A stretch of DNA of 61,570 nt, the filler included, from Sphacelaria rigidula (Eukaryota), in NCBI GenBank assembly GCA_964200075.2. It is 9 parts of 9 records of this genome, joined end to end, with 100 filler letters (N's around TTAATTAATTAA, not from the genome) between each part and the next. Parts side by side here need not be neighbours in the genome. Positions count along the whole stretch, not along the records: positions 1 to 6,753 come from CAXNAA020018246.1; positions 6,854 to 13,606 come from CAXNAA020018247.1; 7 more parts are not named here. One strand, written 5' to 3'. The stretch's first letter is position 1; each line of letters begins with the position of its first letter. This document shows, piece by piece, positions 1 through 11,855 of the stretch. The position numbers and the translations under genes were made by a program. The notes below the pieces were generated by a model that was not told the origin of the DNA, made no database searches, and was given only the letters and a program-made list of their open reading frames with translations.

Positions 1-1294
1 GCCAACCAAATAACTAAGAATCACAACGTTCCATCTTGCGGCCTCTCGAGGGACAGCCATAAGCACAAGCATATGGAGTGGATGCTGTTATCCTTCGAAA
101 GGTTTCATCATTTGTACCATGTAAGCTCTCCTCCCCACTCCCAATGTTGGTCGTTCTCTCTTCTTGAAATACACAGATGCCAACTCTGGGCGACTCGTTG
201 ACGCCAGACAAGGTGGTGCAGTTCCTGTCGGAGCTGTTCAGGAGGGCCACCTTCCCGAGCCCGACATCCAGGGAGTACATGGCAGGTACTACAGTGCTGG
301 CTGTCACAGTAGAACATTGGCAGCTGTCGTAATTTTTCACAGTTGGTACTTGATAGCTGTGAGGATAGCTACCTCTCTGCGCCCGACCTTCGGGTGGTCA
401 CTGGCAGTTTGCTACATAGGTGAGTATTTACAGTTGACACGAGACCATACGTTGGCATTTTTATCCACTAGCTTGCTGTTCAGGAGAGCCAAAGTTTAGG
501 GAGTACACGGCAAGAAATATATACGTTTGTTGTTGTCTTCCGATATGCTATTGTCATTCCGACCCCCTTACGCCCCCCAGGAAGGAGATTGTTCATGTTG
601 AGCCCCAAGTTGCTGGTGCATGTTTCGATTTGCAGAGCGGTATTGGAAATATTGGCGTGGGAGCTGTAAATGGCTGTCCATCGTGAGTGCAGGCAAACGG
701 TGGGTGTCCTTGCCCGTAGTATATCGGCATATGTCAGTTTCCAAAGCGGTCCATGGCAAGGATATTCTATAGCCATGATCCATCGTATCCCTTGGGGTAT
801 GGTGACCAACGTTGCTGAACTTCTCCGTCGCAAGAAACCACGCAGTGACATCTAAAGGGCTTTCACGGGCATCAGGGGTTGGCTCAGGTACACAGTGGGG
901 GTTTATCGTTGAATATCTGAAAGCCAGTATTACCGAGTAAGTGAAGCCCCATCCCGCAGTGTGCCTCGTGTCCAAGAGCTTACATGCAAAAAAGGGTATA
1001 CTTGGTGTTAAATTCCCAGTACCATGATCAGCGCAACGCTGAAATCGGCATAATTGATGTTCATGCAGAGGGGCCGTGTAGTCATTGGTCCGCGATGTTC
1101 TCCAGTGGCGTTGCATTGGTCGACGATAAGTTCAGAAGCCTTATTACGACGCGCAACAATTTGTCAGAACCTCAACAATACTGCCAATAGCGGTGCATTG
1201 TTCATCAGGAGCTGTCGATACGTCTTTCGCTATTGAGGTGCATCCGACAAACCAGAGAGTAAACAAACATTGGAAATGAACCGGATACATTAAA

Positions 1295-1660
1295 GTGTGT
1301 CTGTGTTGTCACCTATCTATTCTGGACGCCAGTCTACACCTTTCGGTATGTGGGGATGCATCAGCTGGGGTCACACAGGAAGAAGGCCAACACCGAAGTT
1401 TTCGTTTTTATTTTGTTTTAGCCCTCCAGCTCTATTCTGCGGTGATTGCCTTTTTTTCTCATCGCGAGAGGGGTTCAGCAGTCCCTTTCCCTTGTCGATC
1501 GTTACAGTCGAATTTGTGTACCCACGACATAGTCGCTCTCCACTGTTGGGCATTGTGTGAGAAAAAAGTCCCAGATCGCGAGACTGCACCGAGATTCGAA
1601 CCCACTACCCAACCGCCAGAAGTTGTCGAGGTTACCAACTGAGCCACCGGGACGACCGGC
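1295..1660 (-). mobile_element. tRNA-derived SINE, apparently full-length copy
   Basis: The minus strand starts GCCGGTCGTCCCGGTGGCTCAGTTGGTAAC. Pol III A box TGGCTCAGTTGG at 1646-1635 and B box GGTTCGAATC at 1602-1593. The body ends in a (CA)-rich tail near 1295 and recurs at 12982-13257 and 21362-21498. Confidence 0.8.
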
Positions 1661-3985
1661 TCCGTGAAGGTATACATGAACACATGTCGTGGAGTCGAGT
1701 CATGTATATATTTTCCCACGATTCTACAGTCTGTAGCTGGGGTGGGAGAGTTGTCGGAAGGTTATTCAAATCTTGATGGTAGCAATCGCGGGGAAAGTGC
1801 GGTGTAGACGCTGTATGTTTGTTTGTCTTGCGCTCATGTCAGCGAAGGAGGGCGTTTATGAACGGCATACCCCTCGCGCATCACAAATCGAAAGGTACAG
1901 TTGGAGAAGAAGTTGGTCTCGAGTTGTGTCCGCCTAGCTGGTGTTTCAGAATGCAGCGGCTGACGTCATGGTCATCCTCCTCACCTTCCGGCTCGAATTG
2001 TCTGTACTTTGCGCGTCGCGAATGATTTTGCGGTTTTGGCAGAACCGAAACCTGGACGATTTCCCAGAGTTACTGGACGATCTCCTGGAAATCCAATCGG
2101 AACTGGTTATATTCATCAAGATTGTAACCAAAAAGGCTAAACTGCTTCCTGTCCGCGCGATGATTCAGATTTTGTTTTGCGTTGACCGCCTCTATCGCTC
2201 GACAATGGACAGCTGAGTATCATGGGATAGCTTTGGTCCCCACCTTTTCAACGAGACAGGCTGTGCTCCTTTGACTGTTGAGTGTTGACTGATATTTTTC
2301 TGGATCTCACGGTGAACGGTTAATCGCCACATGGTCCACGATTGGGTGAACACTATATGTAAATAAAAAGGGAAAAAAAGCAACCCTCGATGGAATTCAA
2401 TTCCTACTTTTACAAGGTTCGTCCGTAGCACGATCATGTTCTTACATCACACTTTGTATTCCATTTGGATACTATTCTGTAACAAATGCATATGACCCCC
2501 AACTATCTGTCGAGGATACGTCACCTCTTTCTATTGGCAATGCTGCTGAGAGAAGTCTAATCGTTGAGTGGCCGCAAGGTGCAGGCTTTGTAGGCCGGCT
2601 CGATCACCGCGACAAACGGAAAAAACAATCACCCATGTTGAGTGATGAGTAAAAAATCGCACACTTGGTGACGGATGAGCGAGTAGAATTCCTATCTTCG
2701 CGAATAGATCTTTCGCCGATATATATCGGCTTGGGCTGCAGAGACATATGGAGAAAATTTAGAAAAAAAAACTCACATCTAGCTGGCAAAACATCAGCCA
2801 CGCGAACCTCTTCTCACAGAAGGGCACGGAGAGGCTCATAGATGGTAGAAATGATGTGGATACTCACATGAAACAAATATTAATCGCCGTAAGTTTGGAG
2901 GTCTCGTCACGTTACTACAATACCTTCACGTATATTCACTTTTTCTATTTTTCTCCTGTATCCAGCATTTGGCGCATAACTGTTTCTACTTTATCTGGAT
3001 ATAATATTTGACGAATAGTGTTGTGTATTTGACGTATTTGACCCTGTCGTGCGTGAACGTGTGGTGTGCCATGTCTGTGTGTCTCTTGCATGAAGGTGTG
3101 GCGGAGGCGTTTGTGTGCCTCTGGAAAAGTCCGCACATGCTGGCGCGCGTGAATTCTAGCACGGTGTCCAAGCTGGTGAGCTGCGTGTTAGATCTTCTCG
3201 ACACCGACCGGCTTCCTCAGGGGGCTGGAGAAACGGGCGTGGTGAGGCACATGTGTGTGTGGCGCATGTTTATTTATGGCATACTGAAGATACGGCATTT
3301 TGAAGTATATATGAAGTATGGCACATAACTGGAGTATAATGTATGCTGAAATGTGATACATTTTGAAGCATGATTGATTTCATGACACACACTTCGAAGA
3401 ATAACCGTACGATCAACCGCAGAGTAGGATGATGTAAGATATAGAAATAAGCTGTGCAAACCATACTCTATGTGCATCTATTGCCATTAAGTTTGCCTTC
3501 CGAAAACTCAGGTTCGAACCGCGGTCGAGTACATCGTCCGGGAGGGTGTAAGCGCCCCCCTCCCCGAGCTAGCCCAGCAACTCGTGGCGAGGGAAATGCT
3601 GCAAATTCTTGCGGAGGTGGCCGGGTCAGCCCCCCCTGCCTCCGGCTTCCCACCACTGCTCAATGAACACCAGATTCAGGTATTAACATGGTAATAGTGA
3701 TAGTGTACACTTTCGGCAGATGCATTTCTGCAGTAGTTCAGTTTTGCGCGTGTTGTACATGCCACGCAGAGCCCGTGGCGTCGTAGCTGTTGAATGCGTT
3801 GGTTACTGACGAAGCAAAGAGAGTCAGCCAAACTACTTGTTCATGCCGAGGATGGGAAGGGGGAGGTTGCACGAGAGCATGGGTAGTCGAGAAGGTGCTT
3901 ATGAACTGACACACACTCACGCTGGTATACTTTGATTTTTCTGTTCCTTTCTGTTTCGTGAGCGTGGAGTGATGGGGGGTGGGGA

Positions 3986-4413
3986 GGGGCGTACTCATTC
4001 GTTGCTTGCCTTAGTCGTTTGACCATTGACCACGCATCCCTTTCAAGACGGAGCATCGTTCCTACTCCTGATAAAGACCCCCCTTCCCCTTTGGTTAGAC
4101 ACCCATGAGGCAGTGTAAAAGCCGTGGCTGTCTCTGGATGTGGCGATACCAGAAATAAAGCAACTCATTGTTGGCTCTCATCCGAATGCAAAATGGTCAG
4201 TAGGTTTCGGGCCGAACAATCTTAGCAGGATGCAGCTCACCCTCCATGCGACTCACCGAACACACCACTGCGCTTCGCGCTTGGTGGTTTCAATGCAAGC
4301 CTGGTCTGGCGAAAACCTCCGGCGAAAACCCGACGTGCTCCGTCCCGACATTGTAGGGATGCGAGGTCAATGGTCTGAGGACTATGGAATGCGTGATCAT
4401 GAGCACCCCCCCC
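3986..4413. mobile_element. ~430-bp element with imperfect ~58-bp inverted termini bounded by a G-run and a C-run (MITE or solo terminal repeat)
   Basis: Left end GGGGCGTACTCATT...GACCATTGACCACGCATCCCT; right end AGGGATGCGAGGTCAATGGTC...ATGAGCACCCCCCCC. These ends recur about 8 more times in the window. Confidence 0.7.
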
Positions 4414-4477
4414 TCCCGCCCCCTCAATATTCCGGTGCTCATCACGTTTCTTCCATACAATACGCAAAAACCGTTTA

Positions 4478-5059
4478 TCAGTCTGGGCGGAAATATAAGC
4501 AGGATTTGGACATGCGGCGCAATAACTTTGGCAGTTTCAACTTTTTGGTCGATCGTTTTTTTTCATCGTTTTCCTGGCGTTCTCGCGGGACTGTCAAGGC
4601 CGTTGCTTTTTCAAATCAGCACAGTCCTGCACGCGCCATCAGCACCCGAAGCAGGGGTAGTCAGAGCTCTCGTGCGGCAATCACCGTGAAAACGCCTTCC
4701 GGTCTGCTGATGAACATGTCCCTTGCTGGAGGCATGGCTGAGAAGGTGTCCAGAAAAAATCCCGATGAAAATGAGAGACGCGCGTTGATCGAGGAGCTTC
4801 TCAAGGGCAACAGCGGCAAATTGGTGAAGGGGGGCCTAAAGCGATCTGGAATCCAGGGAGATCCAGGGAAAACCGGGGACGCTAGTATGGCGTGCCCGGG
4901 TCGCCCAGGGGACTTGCCTAACCCTAAGTTCACGTCACGTGCGTAGTTTAAAACTTCCACGCTTGTTGAAGTGCTCTAGAGTCATTCTAGGGCGGTCCAT
5001 CCATATGAGGCTTATATTTCGTTTTTTTCAAATCCTGCTTATATATCCGCCCAGACTGG
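4478..5059 (+). mobile_element. Internally deleted Tc1/mariner-type DNA transposon
   Basis: TIRs CAGTCTGGGCGGAAATATAAGCAGGATTTG / CAAATCCTGCTTATATATCCGCCCAGACTG, with TA on both flanks (4476-77, 5060-61). The internal remnant RKNPDENERRALIEELLKGNSGKLVKG resembles the N-terminus of plant/oomycete-type mariner transposases. Confidence 0.8.
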
Positions 5060-5061
5060 TA

Positions 5062-6753
5062 CATACGTCATCCCCGTCCTGTCTCGCCGTCTGTGGCCAC
5101 CATCTATCTCCTGTATAACCATTGTTTTCCCGCTACTGTCTAGTGCATCAAATGATTTCATGTCACCTTCGTCCTGTCCCACATTTCCCCCTCTAGCACG
5201 TCCCGTTCCTCCTTATATAGCTCACATGCTGCAACATGACTTCTGTTCTCTGATGCTTTGCCACAGGGGCAATTCTGTGCATCTATCTACTTCCTCCTCC
5301 TTTCGACGACTGGTGAATCTCTTTCTTACTTCTGGCAGGTCCAGGTCCCCCACCCGAAATCGCAGTTTCAATGTTTTCGCCGCGTCCATTGGACCATGAA
5401 AATATTTTTTTATCCCTGTCCCCTCTCTGAACCCCCCGAATATTTTCAGGTTTTGTTCCTCGTCTACTTTACGTCTGAGCGCTCCGTTTCCCCTTACTTC
5501 TATTTTGTCTTCCACTTGTGTCTTGTACCGCGCGCCTTCACCTATGGGCAGTATTTTGTCTTGGTTTCCTCTTATCTCCTTCTATACTTTCTCAACTTCT
5601 CTATCCCGCCTTATTCCAGCGCGGCCTTTCGTAATTTTTTTCATATAGCCTTATCAACTTGAGCTGACACTCTCCTTCTCTGCATCTTCTTCGAGCTATA
5701 TTGCCATCGCAATTTCTCATGTCTCTGTTTCAAGTTAGTACATTCCCAACTCTGCTCTCAAAATTGTATTACTCGTCGTTTTCGAACATCCAAGTATTTT
5801 CTTAGCTGCTGGCATCTGTACTGTTTCCAACCTCTCCATCAACTTCACGTTCCCCTTCCATACTTCTCTTGCATATTCCAGCTTTGGTACAATCACGCTC
5901 ATCAGGATACATCTCTTAATCCTAGTGTCTAGGTGCGAGTCTATGAGGATCACGTCCATGCTGCTTATCTGTGCCTTATCCTCTTCTAGTACTTTGTTTA
6001 TGTGTGCATCCCAAGAACAGTTTCTTGGGATCTCTACGCCAAGGTGTGTACACTGGTCGATCATCGGCGATTCCTCTTCTCCCTACTTCCATTTGAACTT
6101 TACCGGATTTTTCTTATCTTCGTTACAGACGAGTACCGCGTAATTGTTAACGTTCACTGTCACTCTCCATTTCCTAGTGCATTCTAGCGCCTTTTATGTC
6201 TGTTTTTGCAGTCTTTCTGGTGTTTCTGGTGTTTCTGAAATCACCACAAAATCATCCGCAGACATCAATGCTGACACTATACCTTCACACACCTTGACTC
6301 CTTGGTTTGCTGCTTCTATCGCTAGTGTCAGATCATGAATGAATGTTGTACCTTGAATAGAGTGGGCGATAGCGTACATCCTTGTGCAACTCCTTGTAAA
6401 ATATTTCCATATTTCCATATTTCCCGTCAAGCATCATGGCACTTCTGGCACATTCTTTCATCTTCTTTATCATTCTCCACATCTTTCCTCTGATCCCAGT
6501 TTCCCACAATTGTTTTCACAACCAATTCCTCCATACTGTGTCATGAGCCTATTGCACGTCCAGAAAGAAACAGTACGGTGTCAGCCTGGTGTCTTTCCTA
6601 CCCTGAATAATCTCACCTAGTGTGTACACATGGTCTACGCAACAACGGTTTGGTCCGAAACCTGCTTGCCCCTCGCTGATTTTCTCTTGCTTTTCTAGCA
6701 TCGTTCCTAGTCTATCGCTCAGAATCTTACAGAATGTTTTCCCTACCGTGCTC
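5062..6753 (-). mobile_element. Decayed non-LTR retrotransposon (LINE) ORF2: RT and 3' region, cut off by contig end
   Basis: Frameshifted RT pieces: EGQAGFGPNRCCVDHVYTL (~6620-6675), ALMSADDFVVISE (YADD-like), HLGVEIPRNCSWDAHINKV, VIVPKLEYAREVW, and LKLRFRVGDLDLPE. Confidence 0.9.
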
Positions 6754-6853
6754 NNNNNNNNNNNNNNNNNNNNNNNNNNNNNNNNNNNNNNNNNNNNTTA
6801 ATTAATTAANNNNNNNNNNNNNNNNNNNNNNNNNNNNNNNNNNNNNNNNNNNN
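6754..6853. other. Artificial contig spacer
   Basis: N44-TTAATTAATTAA-N44. Confidence 0.98.
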
Positions 6854-6924
6854 AACGCTGATCTGACAAAAAGGCCAGGGGGGTGGCCCGCCGGAGCGTC
6901 CTCCCGCTGTGTGTGGGGGGGGGG

Positions 6925-7204
6925 GGGGGCACTCATTTGTTGCTTGCCTGAGTCGTTTGACCATTGACCACGCCCCGTCTCGAAAGGTCAATAGTCAAAC
7001 GACTAAGGCAAGCAACAAACAAGTACCCCCGCCCCCGAAAATGATCGAAGGCACTCGCGGACGGTACCTCCCTCGGGTTTTTTATACTGGTTAGAATGGT
7101 CAATGGTCAAACGACCAAGGCAAGCAACAAATGAGTACGCCCCCCCCCCCGAAAATGATCGAAGGCACTCGCGGACGGTACCTCCCTCGGGTTTTTTATA
7201 CTGG
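6925..7204. repeat. Head-to-head pair of left ends of the 3986-family element (hairpin), plus a ~105-bp tandem duplication
   Basis: 6925-6969 is inverted relative to 6986-7030; 6986-7090 is repeated at 7098-7204. Confidence 0.8.
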
Positions 7205-7635
7205 CTAGCCTCCTCAAACCTTATTTCATTGATGAACCTCATTTTGTAGAATCCCCTGTTATGAGACGAACGCGGATGGGTAGTCAAATCCCAGCTGGAG
7301 GTGGACATAACTATGTCCAAGTCACGACTTGGAAATAGCATTACCCTTCCAAGGAAATGAGGGGCGTGTAGCTCGTGACCGTCGGATTCGGCGGCGGCTA
7401 GTTGTTTTCGAAGCTGTCCGTTGGGGGCGGGGGGGGGGCGGGGGTGGAGGTGGAGGTGAAGGCGAGAAATACCTCAAGAAGGAGCAGCGGGCGTGACGCG
7501 TTGTTGCCGACACGGACGGATGGGCTTCATTTTGTTTCCTAAATATGAACAACTGTTCGGTCAGCTGCATTATTTTGTACGTGTGGGTTATTTTGTTTCT
7601 CGGCCCAGGCGGTTGGGTCGTGTGGTGCGGTTCAG

Positions 7636-8397
7636 GACATCCAAAATTTCGAAGAGGATGACGATGGACAGAAAAATGACAGTGCTAGTGACCATACACC
7701 GCTATGGAGGGGAATTCGTGGAACAAAGGGTGAGAGAAGTGGCAGGGGCAACGACGGTGGATGGAGACGAGAACGTGGTGGTGGCAGGAGCGACCAAAGC
7801 CATGACAGCGGCAGCAGCGGGAACAGCAGCAGTAGCATCAGTAACAGTAGTAGCAGCAGTAGCAGTGACGATAATGAGGATAGGGGACAGGAAGAGCGAG
7901 AGAAATCACAAAGTGTGCAAGGAACAGCCGACAAGAAGAAAACCCCCGAGACTCGTAATTCTAAGACAGACGCGGGTGGTACCGGGGCAGACAAGACGGA
8001 TTCGGTGGGCGGGGGCGTAGGAAAGGCAGCGCCGGAGGGGCGTCCTTCCCAAATCAAGGGTAAACACGCGCAAGGTTCAGGGGCACGTGGCCATGCACGG
8101 TCCACAGCAGAGGGGACTGGCAGCGACAATAGTAGCAGCAGCTCAGGCAGTAGTTGGAGCGGTAGTTCGGAGAGCGAAAGCGAAAGCGACAGCGACAGCG
8201 ACAGTTGGTCTGGTAGCTCCAGTTCTAGTAGTAGTGGTAGCAGTGACGCGGTGGCGGTCGCTGAGGGTATGAGGGGGGAGGGCGCGGTTGTCGGGAGGGA
8301 GGGAAGAGGCGACACAGGTGGTGGTGGCCGTGCGAGAAAAGGCGAAAGTGACAGCACTCGCGGGGGGGCGGTAGAACAAGCCGAATCCTTGAGCAAA
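7636..8397 (+). CDS. Internal exon of an unknown Ser/Gly/Asp-rich low-complexity protein
   Basis: CAG acceptor at 7633-35, 254 open codons (DIQNFEEDDD...AESLSK), GTAAGT donor at 8398; phase 0 matches the next exon. Confidence 0.6.
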
Positions 8398-8945
8398 GTA
8401 AGTTATTGAGTGACTCGTTTTTCGACTCGAAGTTTCATGGGTGGTTATTCGATGCCTTGTCTTCATCCTGCGGCGACTCAACACGTGGTGCTCAGTATAG
8501 TAGGTGTCCATGGAATACTTTGCGATATGTGATGGGTGTTCTCGTACAATTTTTATCCCCGCAGCGATTCACCTTCTCACTTTGCACAGCCGCACAATCA
8601 GCGGTACATCCCACAGCAATCCCTCGACCTCTGTTTCATCGAAGCCTCAATGTCGCCTGTGGAGGAGGCTGGGCACGCCTCAAAAATCATTCCGGGAGAT
8701 ATATCGTACGTACAAACTTGATTCCACACCGTATCCCCATACAGATATAGTTGAGCCCCCCTCTCTCAAGCACTCGCGGTAAAGCTACGTGCTCTCATCA
8801 CATTTTTCAGATTAGCTTCAGCACTTTCGGTGCTCTACACGGCACCGATACTAACTAGTTCGCACGACAAAATTTCTCGAAATCCTGGAGAGCTCCTCTC
8901 TCCCTCCTGATCCATCGCGCCGGTCCTCCTGCTGTCCCTACGCAG

Positions 8946-9269
8946 GCTTTGAAGGCTGTAGGATCGGCCTATGACCTCGCGGAAAGGCTTGGTGGGCGCC
9001 TGAAGACCCAGGCAGCCGCCGCAAGGTCTAAATCGCCGACACGACGCACCGCACCGACAGGTGCCGTTGGGGCGGCGGCGGTAGCGGCGACGGTGTTGAA
9101 GCGACCTAAATCGCCAGGCTCTAGGTCACTGACCTCGTCGAGACAAGGAGGTGGGCAGGGTGATAGTGCACTCAATGAGGCCAGAACGGAGGGTCAACCG
9201 CGGCCAGCATGGGGCAAAAAGGATGTTGGAGACGACGAATCATCTGCTGGGAACTGCGCTGTTGCCTAA
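8946..9269 (+). CDS. Next (possibly terminal) exon of the same unknown protein
   Basis: Pyrimidine tract plus CGCAG acceptor at 8941-45; in-phase ALKAVGSAYDLAERLGGRLKTQ... to a stop at 9269. The 3' boundary is uncertain. Confidence 0.55.
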   Translation, partial: ALKAVGSAYDLAERLGGRLKTQAAAARSKSPTRRTAPTGAVGAAAVAATVLKRPKSPGSRSLTSSRQGGGQGDSALNEARTEGQPRPAWGKKDVGDDESSAGNCAVA

Positions 9270-9306
9270 TACTTGACAGCCATTCTCCGTCGTGACAAGC
9301 AATACT

Positions 9307-9563
9307 GAGCAATGCTACGGTAGGGGTGCACTTTTTCCGCGAAATGTTGTCTGGTTCAGAGGCTCCTAACGATTCTAGACGCAGAAGATTATGGCTCAGG
9401 GCATCCCCGTTTGCAGATTCATTCGGGATATCCCCAGGACATTGGATTAGTAATCCTGGCTTACTCTCGCATATTTTCATAAGTTGTGTTTTGGATGAGA
9501 TAAAGGGCTCCTTACAATTCTAACCTCAGAAAATATTTGTGTACCCCTACCGTAGCATCACTC
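9307..9563. mobile_element. MITE (~257 bp), family A
   Basis: TIR GAGCAATGCTACGGTAGGGGT / ACCCCTACCGTAGCATCACTC. Second copy at 10962-11218, partial copy at 41115-41189. Confidence 0.85.
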
Positions 9564-9720
9564 TACTTGCACTCTAGACAGAAACGATCCTTGATTATAT
9601 CGAACCGTTACCGTAGCCGAATCCTGTTCCTCTCCCCTGATGTTCTCCAGGTGTTTTCCAGGTGAGCGCGATATGTGTGTCGTCGCAACCGCCGTAGGTC
9701 AGGATGTTGACGTATCCCGT

Positions 9721-9931
9721 TGTAATGCGTGAGAGGACCGCGCGCTTAGAGAACCGCATCCGAATTTGAATGTCCCTATGGTCAGGGTCAGGGTTAGGGT
9801 TAGTGATAGGGTCAGGGTCAGGGGCGTGGTACCTGCAGGTACTGACCCGATTGGGTTTGAAAAACGTTGATCCTGAGGTGTTTCGAACTACGGCGCGGTC
9901 CTCTAAGCACGCGGTTCTTTCACGCATTCCA
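9721..9931. mobile_element. MITE (~210 bp), family B, with internal telomere-like (TTAGGG/TCAGGG) units
   Basis: TIR TGTAATGCGTGAGAGGACCGCG / CGCGGTTCTTTCACGCATTCCA; inverted copy at 12504-12725. Confidence 0.75.
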
Positions 9932-10961
9932 CCGTGGCAGTTCTTTCCACGCGTTGTGAGTTTCCTGTCTCAACGTGTGTGTCATACTACACGCCGAGGT
10001 GTTTGTTGTTGACTCTATCCTGATTCCTTGTGCGTTTATGTTTTGTGGGCAGGTACCGGGTTCATGAAGCAAAGACTTGTTTCCAAAGACGCTGCGAAAG
10101 TAGACGCCAGCGTGGCCTGGCGGGACGGCGACCATGTGACAAGTAGAGGTTGCAACTATTCCCACGAAATCTGATCCCATTTCCCTCCTGCGCTATAAAG
10201 AATCCGACCACTCGTCATCGCTCTCTCCCTCTCCGTCACCTTCTCCCCACTTAATATCAAACATAGAACGACAAAGATGAAACCTGCATAAAACACAAGA
10301 TGAATGAAATTAATTGAAACGACATGATCAAAATATCGAAAGCAAAATATAGGATCATTTTCCAATGTTGAGACAATTAGCACAAGCGGCAACATCCGAT
10401 TCAACTTTCTGCATAGGGGTATGATAACAACGCACCAACTTTATGGGTGGAGTGCATAATGAATGACCTGAAGCAACACTCCATGTGCATGTATCTGCAA
10501 CGCCTATCGAGTGTACATCCGACGAACATGGGGCACCCATGATATCAGCAGATGTGGAACCACTGGGAACGGTTGAGCGATGTGGGAGGGGAAACCTGTC
10601 CCGAGGACGTGATTTTCAATTCAGATGCATTCGGAGAACGGTGTGGCAGTCTGTGTATTGCCCAACGCATCGAGTTGTCTAACTGTTCCTCATGAAGTTC
10701 CCTGTAATCGCAGTACCACCTACCTCAACCGACTCTTACCTATTACGCGCCACCATCATAGCCAAATCATGCAAGACTGTCCTACCCGGTCGCGGTGTTG
10801 GACGATGGCCTGATTTTATCCTACATATATCGTGCGACGCGTGAGTGTTACGATGCCTGCGTCAACCATCCGTATTAATTTCTCCAGGCCGTCCTTTCCC
10901 GACAAGCGGTTTCTGTCGTATGTGTGCCTCGATGAGGCCGCTCATCAAAACATACACAAGG

Positions 10962-11218
10962 GAGCAATGCTACGGTAGGGGTGCGCGTTTTTCGCGAAAT
11001 TACGTCTAGTTCAGGTGCTCCTAATGATTCTAGATGCACAAAAATATGGGTCAAGGCATCCTCGTTTGAAAATTCATTCGGGATGTTCCCAGCACATTGG
11101 AGTAGTAATCCTGGCGTACTTTCACATATTTTCATAGCTCGTGTTTTGCATGAGATAAAGGGCTCCTAACAATTCTAACCTCAGACAATATTTGTGCACC
11201 CCTACCGTAGCATCACGC
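10962..11218. mobile_element. MITE family A, second copy
   Basis: Colinear with 9307-9563, same TIRs. Confidence 0.85.
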
Positions 11219-11411
11219 AATGACGGTAAGGGGCCACGTGTACAAAAGCATAAATCAGTAAAAGGTCAGACTTCCCTTCACCTCCCGGCTTTTCCCCGGG
11301 GGTTGTTCTTTGTGCTTGTCGTTTTACGTTGTTGCACCGCACGAAAATACAAACACGGTCGGAGACACTCCAAGCTGCCAGAGCCGCTCAAAGCAAATAA
11401 CTGCATACTAC

Positions 11412-11855
11412 AACACGGGGTTCTACAAATTGGGGATTGATTTTTTATTGGGGATGAGAAACCCGGAGAATTGAAATATTCGTATCCACACAAAATCTTC
11501 GAAATATGGTTCCATGTCTTTACTTGCTGGTAGCTATTGACAGCTACTACACGTCATACAAATTTGGATTTCGATAACCGAAATATTGGGGTCTTAGGTG
11601 AAAAAACATTTTGAGGGAACTTCGGCGATTTCATCGGATCATCTAAATTCCCCAATATTGTTTCTTCACCTGGGACCCCAACAGTTCGGTTTTCAGGATC
11701 CAAATTTGTACGGCGTGTAGTGGTTGTCAATAGCTACCGGTAGGTGAAGGAGTGACACTTCATTATAAAGATTTGGTGTGGATATGAAGATTTTTATTCT
11801 CCGGGTTTTCATCCCCAATAAAAAAATCCATCCCCAATTAGTAAAACTCCGTGTT
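11412..11855. repeat. ~440-bp imperfect palindrome (foldback element)
   Basis: The arms pair along nearly the whole length, e.g. TTTTTTATTGGGGATGAGAAACCCGGAGAAT vs ATTCTCCGGGTTTTCATCCCCAATAAAAAA, and GGTAGCTATTGACA vs TGTCAATAGCTACC. Confidence 0.85.

Noticed and set aside
1585..1660. Functional tRNA gene
   Set aside because: A and B boxes are present, but I could not form a convincing acceptor stem, and it heads a dispersed repeat; better explained as a SINE.
1..2450. Short ORFs and possible decayed coding DNA on either side of the SINE
   Set aside because: No recognisable motif or consistent exon chain could be supported.
3505..3670. GC-rich stretch starting with a B-box-like GGTTCGAACC (possible ncRNA or SINE)
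   Set aside because: No A box at suitable spacing and no second copy in the window.
4140..4946. 268-aa ORF as a real gene
   Set aside because: It spans two different repeat elements; only the last part resembles a transposase remnant.
6798..6809. TTAATTAATTAA as a biological motif
   Set aside because: Synthetic six-frame stop linker inside N runs.
7632..8396. 254-aa Leu/Ser/Pro-rich minus-strand ORF
   Set aside because: Antisense shadow of the low-complexity plus-strand exon.
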